A stretch of DNA of 64,000 bases, from the IMG/VR virus record IMGVR_UViG_3300022682_000016, positions 1 to 64,000 of that record. One strand, written 5' to 3'. Within the stretch, counting starts at the first letter, position 1, and every line of letters begins with the position of its first letter. The notes under the pieces are model-generated. The model had not been told where the DNA came from. It was given only the letters and a program-made list of their open reading frames with translations, and searched no databases. Both the position numbers and the translations under genes were made by a program. The stretch is from a virus. Positions 16,526 through 25,998 of this stretch are shown here, piece after piece.

Positions 16526-16894
16526 ATGAGCCTTCCAGTCCCCTCCATCGAAAAGCAGCACGAAATTGTCCGGGAATACCAAACCATTGTTGACCGGATT
16601 AAGCTTAACGAGACACTCAATAAAAAGCTGGAAGAAACCGCCCAGGCGATTTATAAACATTGGTTCGTAGATTTCGAATTCCCCATCTCCAAAGAGTACG
16701 CCAACCAAATCGGCAAGCAGGAACTTGAAGGAAAGCCCTATAAATCCAATGGCGGTAAGATGGTTTGGAATGATGAGTTGGAACAGGATGTCCCGGAAGG
16801 GTGGATACAAAAGGCTCTATCTGGAATTGTAAACACCCAAAAGGCTTGTCTTTGGAGGCAAACCTCTGCGAAGCAGAAAAACACCTATTGGTAA
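16526..16894 (+). CDS. Fragment of a type I restriction-modification specificity subunit (HsdS conserved region)
   Basis: LPVPSIEKQHEIV...LNKKLEETAQAIYKHWFVDFEFP...PYKSNGGKM..VPEGW; GC-richer than the flanks. Confidence 0.8.
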   Translation: MSLPVPSIEKQHEIVREYQTIVDRIKLNETLNKKLEETAQAIYKHWFVDFEFPISKEYANQIGKQELEGKPYKSNGGKMVWNDELEQDVPEGWIQKALSGIVNTQKACLWRQTSAKQKNTYW

Positions 16895-16988
16895 TATTTA
16901 TCAATAAAAGTTACAACGATATGCTAATACTTATCATCCTAGTATTGTCATTATGTAAACAACACTATATTTTGTAGGTAAAAATGAG

Positions 16989-17018
16989 TTGACTTTTTAA
17001 CACAAATTAACATATCTT
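16989..17018 (+). promoter_or_regulatory. sigma70-like promoter of the replication operon
   Basis: TTGACT-N18-TATCTT. Confidence 0.5.
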
Positions 17019-17045
17019 TAACATTAAGAAAAGCTAGGAGGACTT

Positions 17046-17306
17046 ATGGGTTTTATTTTTATTTTAGTCGGTGTCTTATCAATTATTTTTGGGTTCTTAT
17101 TAGGAACCTTACTACACCACCTAACCACTGCAAAATCTCTTAAAATAGTTTTAGAAGAGCAAAGAGATCTTATCAGTAAATATTCCAAACTTGAAAAAGA
17201 TGTTCGGAATACTTTAGAGAGTGATCCTCTCTACCAGTCAAAAAAGATCTTAGGTGATGTGTATCTAACTAACCAAACTGAAAAACCATCCACTATTTGT
17301 AACTAA
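17046..17306 (+). CDS. Small membrane protein
   Basis: N-terminal transmembrane helix; AGGAGG SD. Confidence 0.65.
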   Translation: MGFIFILVGVLSIIFGFLLGTLLHHLTTAKSLKIVLEEQRDLISKYSKLEKDVRNTLESDPLYQSKKILGDVYLTNQTEKPSTICN

Positions 17307-17313
17307 CAATTTA

Positions 17314-18102
17314 ATGACTTACAAAGAGTTAGATTATATTGTTAATAAATTTCCGTCTGTGGTACCCAATACCAAGGTAGGTGATCGGTACATCCCAGAC
17401 TCTGGAGCGCCTCATCCTTTGTGGGTGTGTCTCCATAAGAATATCCGTATGGGTAGACAGTGGTCTCAACTTAGTGGTGCTGAGAAAGGTCAGATAAGAC
17501 GGGCAGCTGATAAATTATCTGAGGTGCATATCCCATATACTTTTTATGCAAACTATCTTAGTCGCATGGGCAAAACATGGTTTATAAAAAACCCCTTAGC
17601 AGTTACTAAATACAATCCTAAAAAATCAGGGAGTCTAAGTATTCTTGGAGAGTACATCTCCTTAATCATATATCTAATAAAAGTTTTTAAAGAATGTCCA
17701 AATGCTATTCGACTAAATGATAAAGTATACAGTCTACTCCCCAATGCGTATTCTCAAGGACCGTTAAAGTATGTTCATACAGTTATGTTAATAAAAGAGT
17801 GTCTTTTAACTCACAGCATAAATGAGGTGTTAACATTTTTACAAAATAGTTCTGACATTACAGACTTCTGGAATAAGCTGGGATCTTCTGCTGAAAGTAC
17901 CCAAAAGAATCGAGATTTCCAAATAGATTTGTCTAGTGGAAAATGTCCAGAAAACAATATAAAAATTTTACAAAGAGAGCTTAGGATACGTTTAGGAAAA
18001 GAAGATGGGGTGACAAACTCCTCACTTGATAAGTATTTTAAAAGTAGTAATAGGCTGAACGCACAAGGATTAAAAGTAATTTCCGGTGAACGAAAACTCT
18101 AA
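17314..18102 (+). CDS. Hypothetical protein
   Basis: 262-aa ORF upstream of the DnaC-like gene. Confidence 0.7.
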   Translation: MTYKELDYIVNKFPSVVPNTKVGDRYIPDSGAPHPLWVCLHKNIRMGRQWSQLSGAEKGQIRRAADKLSEVHIPYTFYANYLSRMGKTWFIKNPLAVTKYNPKKSGSLSILGEYISLIIYLIKVFKECPNAIRLNDKVYSLLPNAYSQGPLKYVHTVMLIKECLLTHSINEVLTFLQNSSDITDFWNKLGSSAESTQKNRDFQIDLSSGKCPENNIKILQRELRIRLGKEDGVTNSSLDKYFKSSNRLNAQGLKVISGERKL

Positions 18103-18940
18103 TAACCAAAACAGCTTACTAGAATATTATTACAAAATACCCAATTTTATGAAATGGGTAAACCATAATCAATTCTCAGAAATCACTGAGAAGAATGTTG
18201 GTCGATACTATTCATTATTTCAACATGACCTTATCTGCACTAACAAAAAATGTGCTGATTGCGTAGGCACTGTCCCGTTATGGAAAAATGAATCTGATAT
18301 AGTAAATGGTAGAATACAGCAGATTAAATGTTCTTACAGAGAACAGCAGCTTAAAGAGTTGGCTGCTAAAAATACAGCCTCTAAAGCAAAAATACCCCCC
18401 TTGTTTAAAGACGCTACTTACAATAAACTTCCCGAACTTCACAAAGATTCTATAAACATACTAGATAACTATGTCAAACACTTTGATCATATACAGCCCA
18501 GAGGTTTGTATCTGTATTCCGAAAAACATGGTATTGGTAGAACTACTGTGTTATGGATACTTCTGCAAAATCTTTTACGTGAGGGTAAGCTTGTAAATGG
18601 TTTTATAATACATACAACGTCTGTATTTCTAGATCAGCTTCAAAAAGACATTTACACACCTAAGCATTTATTTACTGACCATGCCCTTAATTGTGGTATT
18701 CTTATGTTAGATGATTTTGGTCAGGAAAAATCAAATGTAGGTATTATGACAAAGGTGGCCGGTATTTTAGAAGAGCGTGCATGGAGCAATCTTCCAATAA
18801 TATTAACTTCAACAATTCCTATGGAAGAATATGTTTGGGAAAAACCGCATGAAAAAAGTTTATACTCAAAAATAAAGAAAGCCACACAAACAGTTTTATT
18901 GTATTCTGACGAACCTGATAATGAGGCAATAGAAGACTAG
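18086..18940 (+). CDS. DnaC/IstB-like helicase loader
   Basis: Cys cluster, IPPLFKDATY, GLYLY..HGIGRTT (variant Walker A), LMLDDFGQE, LPIILTS; adjacent to dnaB. Confidence 0.75.
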   Translation: MNENSNNQNSLLEYYYKIPNFMKWVNHNQFSEITEKNVGRYYSLFQHDLICTNKKCADCVGTVPLWKNESDIVNGRIQQIKCSYREQQLKELAAKNTASKAKIPPLFKDATYNKLPELHKDSINILDNYVKHFDHIQPRGLYLYSEKHGIGRTTVLWILLQNLLREGKLVNGFIIHTTSVFLDQLQKDIYTPKHLFTDHALNCGILMLDDFGQEKSNVGIMTKVAGILEERAWSNLPIILTSTIPMEEYVWEKPHEKSLYSKIKKATQTVLLYSDEPDNEAIED

Positions 18941-20311
18941 ATGGATAATAACATTATTGATCTGCAACAATATTCATACCCTCAAGGTGAAGAAGCGGTC
19001 CTAACTACACTGCTAAGAAATCAACATGTCGATTCTATCACTAACCAATGCCAAGAACATTTTTTCTTTAACAATCTTCATAAGCGAGCATTTATAAAAG
19101 CTAAAGAATATGCATATGATATTGGCAAAGGTTGTGTAAACTATTTAGCTGTTCGTAATATGTTACAGGCGGATGGGACTGGAACTAATGCTATTTCTTA
19201 TTTAGATAGTATTATGAATAAAGATTCTCAAGAGTTGCCTGCATTAGACTATTCATTAGAAAGACTAAAAACATTAAGTACTAGAAGAAACTTATTAAGT
19301 GCCTTACAAGAGAAAATGGTACAGGCTCAGGACATGTCTAAAGATATTACTGAATTAGTATCAGACACAGAAAACACCGTGGCAAGTATTGGTCTTGGTA
19401 CTAATAATCTTACAGTAATATCTGGAAAAGATTTAGTTACAAAAAGATATGAAGGAATACATGAAAGATACTATACAAAACCTGTATTTACCGGTTGGGA
19501 TGGGTTTGATGAATATTTATCAGTAGGTTTTGCTCCAGGTAAGCTATCTATCATTGCTGGTCGTACATCTATGGGCAAGAGTTTCTTCAAATCAAACCTA
19601 ATTATAAATATGTGTAATAATGGTGTGGGCGTTGTAAATGTCTGTCCAGAACAGGGGCTACTGTCTGAACACAACCGGATAGACGCCATTATGACCGGGG
19701 TACATTTAAAGAAAATTACCCGCATAAATGAATTAGAAATTGGTGACCCAACATTTGCAATGTTAAAGAAGAATGTGGAAAAAATTGCTCATACATGGAA
19801 CTATGCAGCTGTCCCTGATAGGGACATAAGTGTTGCTGGTATCCGAGCATCTATTAGACAAGCAAGAAGACTCGGAAAGAATCCACAAATTGTGTTTATA
19901 GATTTGTTTGACAGGTTATCAGATGTTAATGTAGGTAAGGATCGGGTAGCTAATATGTCCAGAAAGCTGGGTCAGATTGAACAAATAGCTGACCAAGAAA
20001 ATGTTCACATGTGTCTACTAGTACAAGTAAACAGAGGCCCAGAAAAAAGACCTGATAAAAGACCCTCCTTAAGTGAACTTAGAGAGTGTGGACACTTTGA
20101 ACAAGATGCAGATTTAGTATTCCTCCTATATCGTGAAGGCTATTATTCAAAAGATCCTGATGTTGTTGATAATACTTTAGATGTTCAAATTGCAAAACAA
20201 CGTGATGGCATAATGGGCATCATTTACCAATTCTTTATTTTAGACACTCACACACTACAAATAGCACCTTCAGGAGTCAGAGTGGAAACTCCAAATACTG
20301 GAAGTGATTAA
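18941..20311 (+). CDS. dnaB: Replicative DNA helicase DnaB
   Basis: AGRTSMGKS, QVNR..EKR.DKRP.LSELRECG.FEQDAD, IAKQRDG. Confidence 0.92.
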   Translation: MDNNIIDLQQYSYPQGEEAVLTTLLRNQHVDSITNQCQEHFFFNNLHKRAFIKAKEYAYDIGKGCVNYLAVRNMLQADGTGTNAISYLDSIMNKDSQELPALDYSLERLKTLSTRRNLLSALQEKMVQAQDMSKDITELVSDTENTVASIGLGTNNLTVISGKDLVTKRYEGIHERYYTKPVFTGWDGFDEYLSVGFAPGKLSIIAGRTSMGKSFFKSNLIINMCNNGVGVVNVCPEQGLLSEHNRIDAIMTGVHLKKITRINELEIGDPTFAMLKKNVEKIAHTWNYAAVPDRDISVAGIRASIRQARRLGKNPQIVFIDLFDRLSDVNVGKDRVANMSRKLGQIEQIADQENVHMCLLVQVNRGPEKRPDKRPSLSELRECGHFEQDADLVFLLYREGYYSKDPDVVDNTLDVQIAKQRDGIMGIIYQFFILDTHTLQIAPSGVRVETPNTGSD

Positions 20312-20320
20312 GGAGAACTT

Positions 20321-20593
20321 ATGGCACTGTATAAGACAAAATTCTCAAACAAACTTTCCTTCGGACCTAAGAAAATGATGTTGGAGCTTGTACGTTGGAA
20401 ATTAAAAGAAGATGTAGAACCGGTCTATTCGGTAGATGAAAATTACGCTTCCAGAGACAATGGGGGTAAAAGAATTGTAACAGTTTCTTTGGGTGAAAAT
20501 GAAATAGCATCTGCACCTAATCAAGAAGAACTGTTCAAAAAAATACTATTATGGGTAGAGAATCCTATTCGTAAAAAGAGTATTATACGTTAA
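20321..20593 (+). CDS. Hypothetical protein
   Basis: AAGGAG SD. Confidence 0.65.
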   Translation: MALYKTKFSNKLSFGPKKMMLELVRWKLKEDVEPVYSVDENYASRDNGGKRIVTVSLGENEIASAPNQEELFKKILLWVENPIRKKSIIR

Positions 20594-20616
20594 AATCATG
20601 TTTTTTTATTTTTTTA

Positions 20617-20645
20617 TTGCTTTTATGATAGACATAAGTTATAAT
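20617..20645 (+). promoter_or_regulatory. sigma70-like promoter
   Basis: TTGCTT-N17-TATAAT. Confidence 0.6.
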
Positions 20646-20681
20646 TTAACACGAAAGTAAAACCCAACATTTGAGGCGCTT

Positions 20682-22910
20682 ATGAAGATTAGTGGAAATG
20701 TTCACACTCCTACTACAGAAATTTTAGATTTAGAAGATGGGCCTTTTGAAATAGTATCTGATTCCGAACTTAGAGCTTGTCGCACCCCAAACGTAAAATT
20801 AAAATATACAGAATTACCACCAAAATCCACCTTAGAAGAATGTGTAGAGACGTGTAAGTTTCCACACATGAAATTTCCCTTTAAGTATTTTAATCCTCTG
20901 CAATCAGCGTATTTTCCAGAATCTTGTAAGACTGATAATGTGGTTGTTTGCGGTGCTACTTCCGCTGGGAAAACAACTATTGCGGAAATGACAATTGCGC
21001 ATACACTGGAAGAGATGCGTAGAACAGAACCCAACGCTATTGCTGCTTATATATCCCCCTTAAAAGCATTGGCCTCTGAAAAAGAAACTGATTGGAAAGA
21101 TCCTGAGCACGCCTTTTATAAATACAACATTAGTATACTAACCGGTGATTATATATTAACAGATGCTCGGAAAAAGGAATTGGCAGAAGCGGATATTGTG
21201 TGTATGTCCTCAGAAATGATGGGTAGTCGTATTCGCAGAAACAAGACAGAAAAGAATGCTTGGATAAACAATATTCGGGCAATTATAATTGATGAAGCCC
21301 ACCTTCTTACAGTTGGTGACCGAGGCCCTAATTTAGAAGTGGCTATTATGAAATTTACCAAAGTTAATCCTAACTGTAGAGTAATTTTCTTATCAGCCAC
21401 TATGCCCAATGTTGATGATCTAGGTAATTGGTTAACAAAGCTTAATAACAAAAAAACTACTATTGTAAAAAGTGATTATAGACCAGTAAGTCTTGTATGG
21501 AATTTTCATCCGTTTGAATCTAGTTTCTCTTATACCAATACTGAGGAAAACAAAATAAAACTTGGGTTACAAATTATTAATTCATACTACAATGATAAAT
21601 TTATCGCATTTGTACATAGTAAAAATACTGGACGTAAACTATTAAAAATATGTAAAGATGCAGGTATTGCCGTAGAATTTTATAGTGCAGATGTTTCAAA
21701 AGATAAACGAGCAGCTTTAGAAAAATCATTTAAAAGTAAAGATCCTGGATCTATTAGAGTTCTAATATCCACATCCAGTTTGGCTTGGGGTATTAATATG
21801 CCCGCTAGACGAGTGCTTATAGTAGGGTTACATAGAGGGTTAAACCTAGTAGAGTCTTTAGATATTATCCAAATGGGTGGCCGGGCCGGTCGTGTTGGGC
21901 TAGATTCCGCAGGTGATGTCCACGTTTTAGTTAATGAAAACAAACTTATTCAAGAACGAAATTTTTGTAAGCAGATGAAACCTGTCACATCTCAAATAGC
22001 TACGGTACCTTCATTGGCGTTCCACATAGTATCTGAAATAGCTGAAGGGACTGTATATGATTATAAAACAGCTTACAATTGGTATCAACGTTCATTGGCC
22101 CACCATCAAAATTTGTTTTTAATATCTAAACTGGATTGGTCTAGTGCTGAAAACCTGATAGAAGACGTATTAAATCGGCTAGTGGGGTGCGGTGCTGTTA
22201 GAAAAGATTTAACTACTGGAGATCTTAAAGTATCAGCAATTGGAAGAGTAGCTTCATGGTTTTATTTCAATCCGTTTGATGTGTCTGATTGGGCAAATAA
22301 TTTTAAAAAGATTTTAGCATATAATAAACCAACTTTGGCTGATATTGCTTGGGCACTTGGAAATACCGCAACAGCAAAAGAGGACTACGGACTTAAGCGC
22401 CTACCAGATACTATAAAAAAGATTGAATATGATTTAACAGATAACCAGGTCTCTATGTCAGACTCTGTTCGTAAACATGTATTAAGTATTTATTATTTGC
22501 TTAGTGGAAAAGATGCAGAAATTGTTGAGCTTAGAAATACAATGTCTGTTTACCGTATGGATGGTGCTCGGATAGGGCAAGCCTTACCTTTATTAGGTAA
22601 TATTGGACGTTACTTTAAGGGACTCCCCTCTGAAGACTTGTTATTAGAAATACCTTACAGATTGCAGTACGGAATGGGTAATCGTGGTATGGAACTTTTA
22701 GTTCTTCCCGGAGTTGGTGTTAAAACTGCTAAACAGTTAATGTATAACCGAAAAATTTATAGCTGTAAAGAATTGGTAGCTGCTCAAGAAATGGGTCACA
22801 AAGTCTTTACTGATAATAAGTGGGAAAAACTTGCTCCAGTGGCTAAAGAGATTTCTAGAATTGGTCATATCCAATATTTAAAAAATCAGAGTAAATACAA
22901 GAAAGGTTAA
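20682..22910 (+). CDS. Ski2-like (Hel308-type) helicase
   Basis: ATSAGKT, YISPLKALASEK, DEAH, SATMPN, LAWGINMPA, QMGGRAGR and a C-terminal HhH (LPGVG). Confidence 0.9.
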   Translation: MKISGNVHTPTTEILDLEDGPFEIVSDSELRACRTPNVKLKYTELPPKSTLEECVETCKFPHMKFPFKYFNPLQSAYFPESCKTDNVVVCGATSAGKTTIAEMTIAHTLEEMRRTEPNAIAAYISPLKALASEKETDWKDPEHAFYKYNISILTGDYILTDARKKELAEADIVCMSSEMMGSRIRRNKTEKNAWINNIRAIIIDEAHLLTVGDRGPNLEVAIMKFTKVNPNCRVIFLSATMPNVDDLGNWLTKLNNKKTTIVKSDYRPVSLVWNFHPFESSFSYTNTEENKIKLGLQIINSYYNDKFIAFVHSKNTGRKLLKICKDAGIAVEFYSADVSKDKRAALEKSFKSKDPGSIRVLISTSSLAWGINMPARRVLIVGLHRGLNLVESLDIIQMGGRAGRVGLDSAGDVHVLVNENKLIQERNFCKQMKPVTSQIATVPSLAFHIVSEIAEGTVYDYKTAYNWYQRSLAHHQNLFLISKLDWSSAENLIEDVLNRLVGCGAVRKDLTTGDLKVSAIGRVASWFYFNPFDVSDWANNFKKILAYNKPTLADIAWALGNTATAKEDYGLKRLPDTIKKIEYDLTDNQVSMSDSVRKHVLSIYYLLSGKDAEIVELRNTMSVYRMDGARIGQALPLLGNIGRYFKGLPSEDLLLEIPYRLQYGMGNRGMELLVLPGVGVKTAKQLMYNRKIYSCKELVAAQEMGHKVFTDNKWEKLAPVAKEISRIGHIQYLKNQSKYKKG

Positions 22911-22913
22911 TTT

Positions 22914-23903
22914 TTGGAAGCCATGAAGATTGGCCAAAACTTCCTAAAGGAAGACGATTCAGAATATAGGTATAGACACGACTATTTTTCGTTCTATAAT
23001 AATATTTTTAATGGTCGTCTTAAACCTAAGAAATATCCTAATTATATTGCATTTTGCCCATTTCATAAAGATACAAAAACACCTAATTTATTGATAAATA
23101 TTATATCCGGAAGATTTAAGTGTTATGCTTGCGGTGCTTTTGGAGATGCTTGGGATTTTATCATTGTTAAAAATTCTGACGGTTCTCGATCCTTTAATTT
23201 TCCTCAAGAGCTTACAGACCCCAAATCTATTCGTAAAATGGTGCATCATGAAGCTAAACAGGGGTTATCAGATCTGGATATGATGGTAGAGGAAAAGCGT
23301 GCAATTATGGCTCATGAGTATCTGTTTGAACAGCCATTAGCTTTACAGCATCTTCACAGAGACCGGGGGCTTACTGATACTACTATCCGAAAATACAAAA
23401 TAGGTTTCATGAGGGGAAGTACCACATTCCCAATTTATGATATTATGGGACATTTCGCATCTTTAAAATTTCATAAACAGTCCATAACGGAAGGAAGCGC
23501 TAATCAACTATTTCCTTGGGAGTCTGTTTGGAAGACGAAATCTCCTTATGTGATATTATCTGAGGGAGAGTTTGATACCCTAATATTACTACAAAACGGA
23601 TTTAATGCTGTTACTCAAACATGGGGAGCTAATTCATGGGATTCCTCATTTACACGATTCTTAAGAAACAAAATTGTCTATATAGCTTATGATAATGACT
23701 CAGCAGGTCGTAAAGGTGCGGAGGCCATAGGCAATAAGTTATGGGCTGAAGGTATTAGCGTACAATTTATACAATGGCCCATGTATATGGGGACTGGTGA
23801 AGATCATATAGACTTTTTTGTAAAACACAAAAAAACCGCAAAAGATTATGATCGCCTATTAAAGACCTCTAAAAGTATTTTGAGCTTTAAGGATCCTAAA
23901 TGA
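22914..23903 (+). CDS. DNA primase (CHC2 zinc finger + TOPRIM)
   Basis: CPFH..CYACG, EGEFD, YDNDSAG. Confidence 0.9.
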   Translation: MEAMKIGQNFLKEDDSEYRYRHDYFSFYNNIFNGRLKPKKYPNYIAFCPFHKDTKTPNLLINIISGRFKCYACGAFGDAWDFIIVKNSDGSRSFNFPQELTDPKSIRKMVHHEAKQGLSDLDMMVEEKRAIMAHEYLFEQPLALQHLHRDRGLTDTTIRKYKIGFMRGSTTFPIYDIMGHFASLKFHKQSITEGSANQLFPWESVWKTKSPYVILSEGEFDTLILLQNGFNAVTQTWGANSWDSSFTRFLRNKIVYIAYDNDSAGRKGAEAIGNKLWAEGISVQFIQWPMYMGTGEDHIDFFVKHKKTAKDYDRLLKTSKSILSFKDPK

Positions 23904-24661
23904 ATATTGGAAATAACTATATACCTCCTAAAGATCGTACTCCCCAAAAAGTACACCTTAATGATCTAACCCCTAGTGAACGTAAAAATGCTATGAATAA
24001 CTTTGATAAAGAATGGCAATCTCATTGGCAAAATGAACAGATGACTGGTCAAGGGATAACTTTTCCAAAAATATCGTCTAAGTATGGTAATGGGGCCTTG
24101 TGCAAAAATGATGACAGTCCTGATCCAGAGCCGCCTGCTGAACTATTTAACTTTGATCTTATTCTAAATTCTAGGAAGTTTCGAGTTTTATGTGATACGT
24201 TGATAAGGATAAAGAAGGAAGAAGACTTAGCTGATTTTTCCGAAATACAGGTTCAGACAGCTTTAGAGTTATGCGCATCTTACCGACTAACCTGCTTTAC
24301 AGCTTATATAGCAGCTCACAGAGAACATAGAAAATGGAAAACGTATCACGAATTGTGGCTTGCCGAAAAGCGTTCAGAGGCTAGGACCCAATTAAGAGCT
24401 GAACGTATAGCTGATAAGGCAACTAAGTTAAGAAAAGACTTGGGCCAAATAACTATGCAGGAAATAGAAGATTACATAATCACTAAATATCAAGCAGAAT
24501 ATAAACGTAATTTAGAATTAATTGCTGAATGGAAAGATAATGAACAAGTATTTTTAGAACTTAGAGATACCCTCAAAGATAGGGGAATGCATCTTCAAAG
24601 TATCTTAAAAAGAGTAACTGATCATTTGGAACCGCCCAAGATGGGTGACGCTACTATATGA
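23900..24661 (+). CDS. Coiled-coil protein, possibly a recombination mediator (UvsY-like position)
   Basis: Helical charged protein located before the SSB-like gene and recA. Confidence 0.4.
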   Translation: MNIGNNYIPPKDRTPQKVHLNDLTPSERKNAMNNFDKEWQSHWQNEQMTGQGITFPKISSKYGNGALCKNDDSPDPEPPAELFNFDLILNSRKFRVLCDTLIRIKKEEDLADFSEIQVQTALELCASYRLTCFTAYIAAHREHRKWKTYHELWLAEKRSEARTQLRAERIADKATKLRKDLGQITMQEIEDYIITKYQAEYKRNLELIAEWKDNEQVFLELRDTLKDRGMHLQSILKRVTDHLEPPKMGDATI

Positions 24662-24745
24662 TATTTAAACAATTATGTAAGGCTTTTAAAAGGCCGTAAA
24701 TAATTACATTTTATTCTTAATTTTAAACAAAAGGAGTGTCCTTTT

Positions 24746-25927
24746 ATGCAAGTAGGACAAAAACAAGTACCATCCGGATTCACCAACCAAAAAAGAATGC
24801 GTCCAAGCTCTATGAAATTTGGTGAAACTTTTGTATTTAGAGCTGTGGACGGTCCTGTACAACGCTCTTTTCACATGTGGCCAACAAAGATTGAGGACAA
24901 GGACACTGGGGTTATGAAAAACTCATGGAGATCTGTTCACGTCAATCGAGACGAAACAAACATCCTTGATAAACTATCCACTCTGGATCTTCGTCTTAAA
25001 AAGAACCACCTCGAAAAAAGGGGTTTGGATAAATCCAAGGCACGGTCAACAGTTTCTAAAAAGAACCGGTATGACTATGCTATTATCCCTCGTGGCCATG
25101 TAGAAGGCCCTCGTGAAATTTGGGTATTGGAAGCTAATTACACTATCTACAACGCCATTAAAGAAATCAGTAACAGTCTACATCCAACGATACCTGGGAT
25201 GCTTCAATATGGTCTTATGTATATGTACGACTTATGCATTAAAAAGACCAAAGAAGAGCAGACGGGTTATCCTAAGTATACTGTATCTGTGTTAAATTGT
25301 ACTACCGAAGGAAAAATATCTTCGGATTATTTGGATACTCAAAACCATCCAATTGAGAATCCTTTACAATTTTTCAGCCCTGAAGATGCAGACCTTATTG
25401 AAAACACTGACTGGGATCTCAGTAAGATCGATCTTCCTGTAACACCTGAAAAATTATCGGAAATACTTACAAAAGCCCCTATCGACTTTGGTAGAACAGA
25501 CAAAAATAATCCTAATATTTGTTTGTTCTTCAATGATAATGAAGATTTACAAACCATCCAGGAATACGCTAAAAATGAGGGTCTCCCCCACGCTATTCCA
25601 CAAGGGACTGCTAATACTGGTATGTCAAATCAGGGCGCTATCTCAGCACCTCAAAACCAGAATCAAAACGCTATTAGTGCTCCTGTAGACACTCAAGCAG
25701 AAGTGACAAATGTATCTGGCGGTCCAGTGGCTGAAGAAGTCCCTCCTACACGTCCAGACAATGTTCAAACATCTGTACAAACAACTCCTGCGGAGGTTCA
25801 TCCCAGACAACAGCCTGCTAACGGATCAGTTCCTAACCAGAATCCGCCCCAACAGGGAAATACGGGTACATCTCAGAACAACAATGCCTCTGGTGGAACA
25901 GAGCTTAAAGAAGCCAATCTTTGGTAA
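24746..25927 (+). CDS. Putative single-stranded DNA-binding protein
   Basis: gp32-like features (YDLCIKK...YPKYTV), a long disordered tail ending in W, a strong SD, and position before recA. Confidence 0.55.
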   Translation: MQVGQKQVPSGFTNQKRMRPSSMKFGETFVFRAVDGPVQRSFHMWPTKIEDKDTGVMKNSWRSVHVNRDETNILDKLSTLDLRLKKNHLEKRGLDKSKARSTVSKKNRYDYAIIPRGHVEGPREIWVLEANYTIYNAIKEISNSLHPTIPGMLQYGLMYMYDLCIKKTKEEQTGYPKYTVSVLNCTTEGKISSDYLDTQNHPIENPLQFFSPEDADLIENTDWDLSKIDLPVTPEKLSEILTKAPIDFGRTDKNNPNICLFFNDNEDLQTIQEYAKNEGLPHAIPQGTANTGMSNQGAISAPQNQNQNAISAPVDTQAEVTNVSGGPVAEEVPPTRPDNVQTSVQTTPAEVHPRQQPANGSVPNQNPPQQGNTGTSQNNNASGGTELKEANLW

Positions 25928-25949
25928 AACACGCACACTCCTTTATATT

Positions 25950-25983
25950 GGGATTGGGGAGTTAATCTCCCCATCCCTTTTTT
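25950..25983 (+). terminator. Intrinsic terminator
   Basis: GGGATTGGGGAG-TTAA-TCTCCCCATCCC followed by T6. Confidence 0.75.
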
Positions 25984-25998
25984 AGAAAGGTCTCTGTA

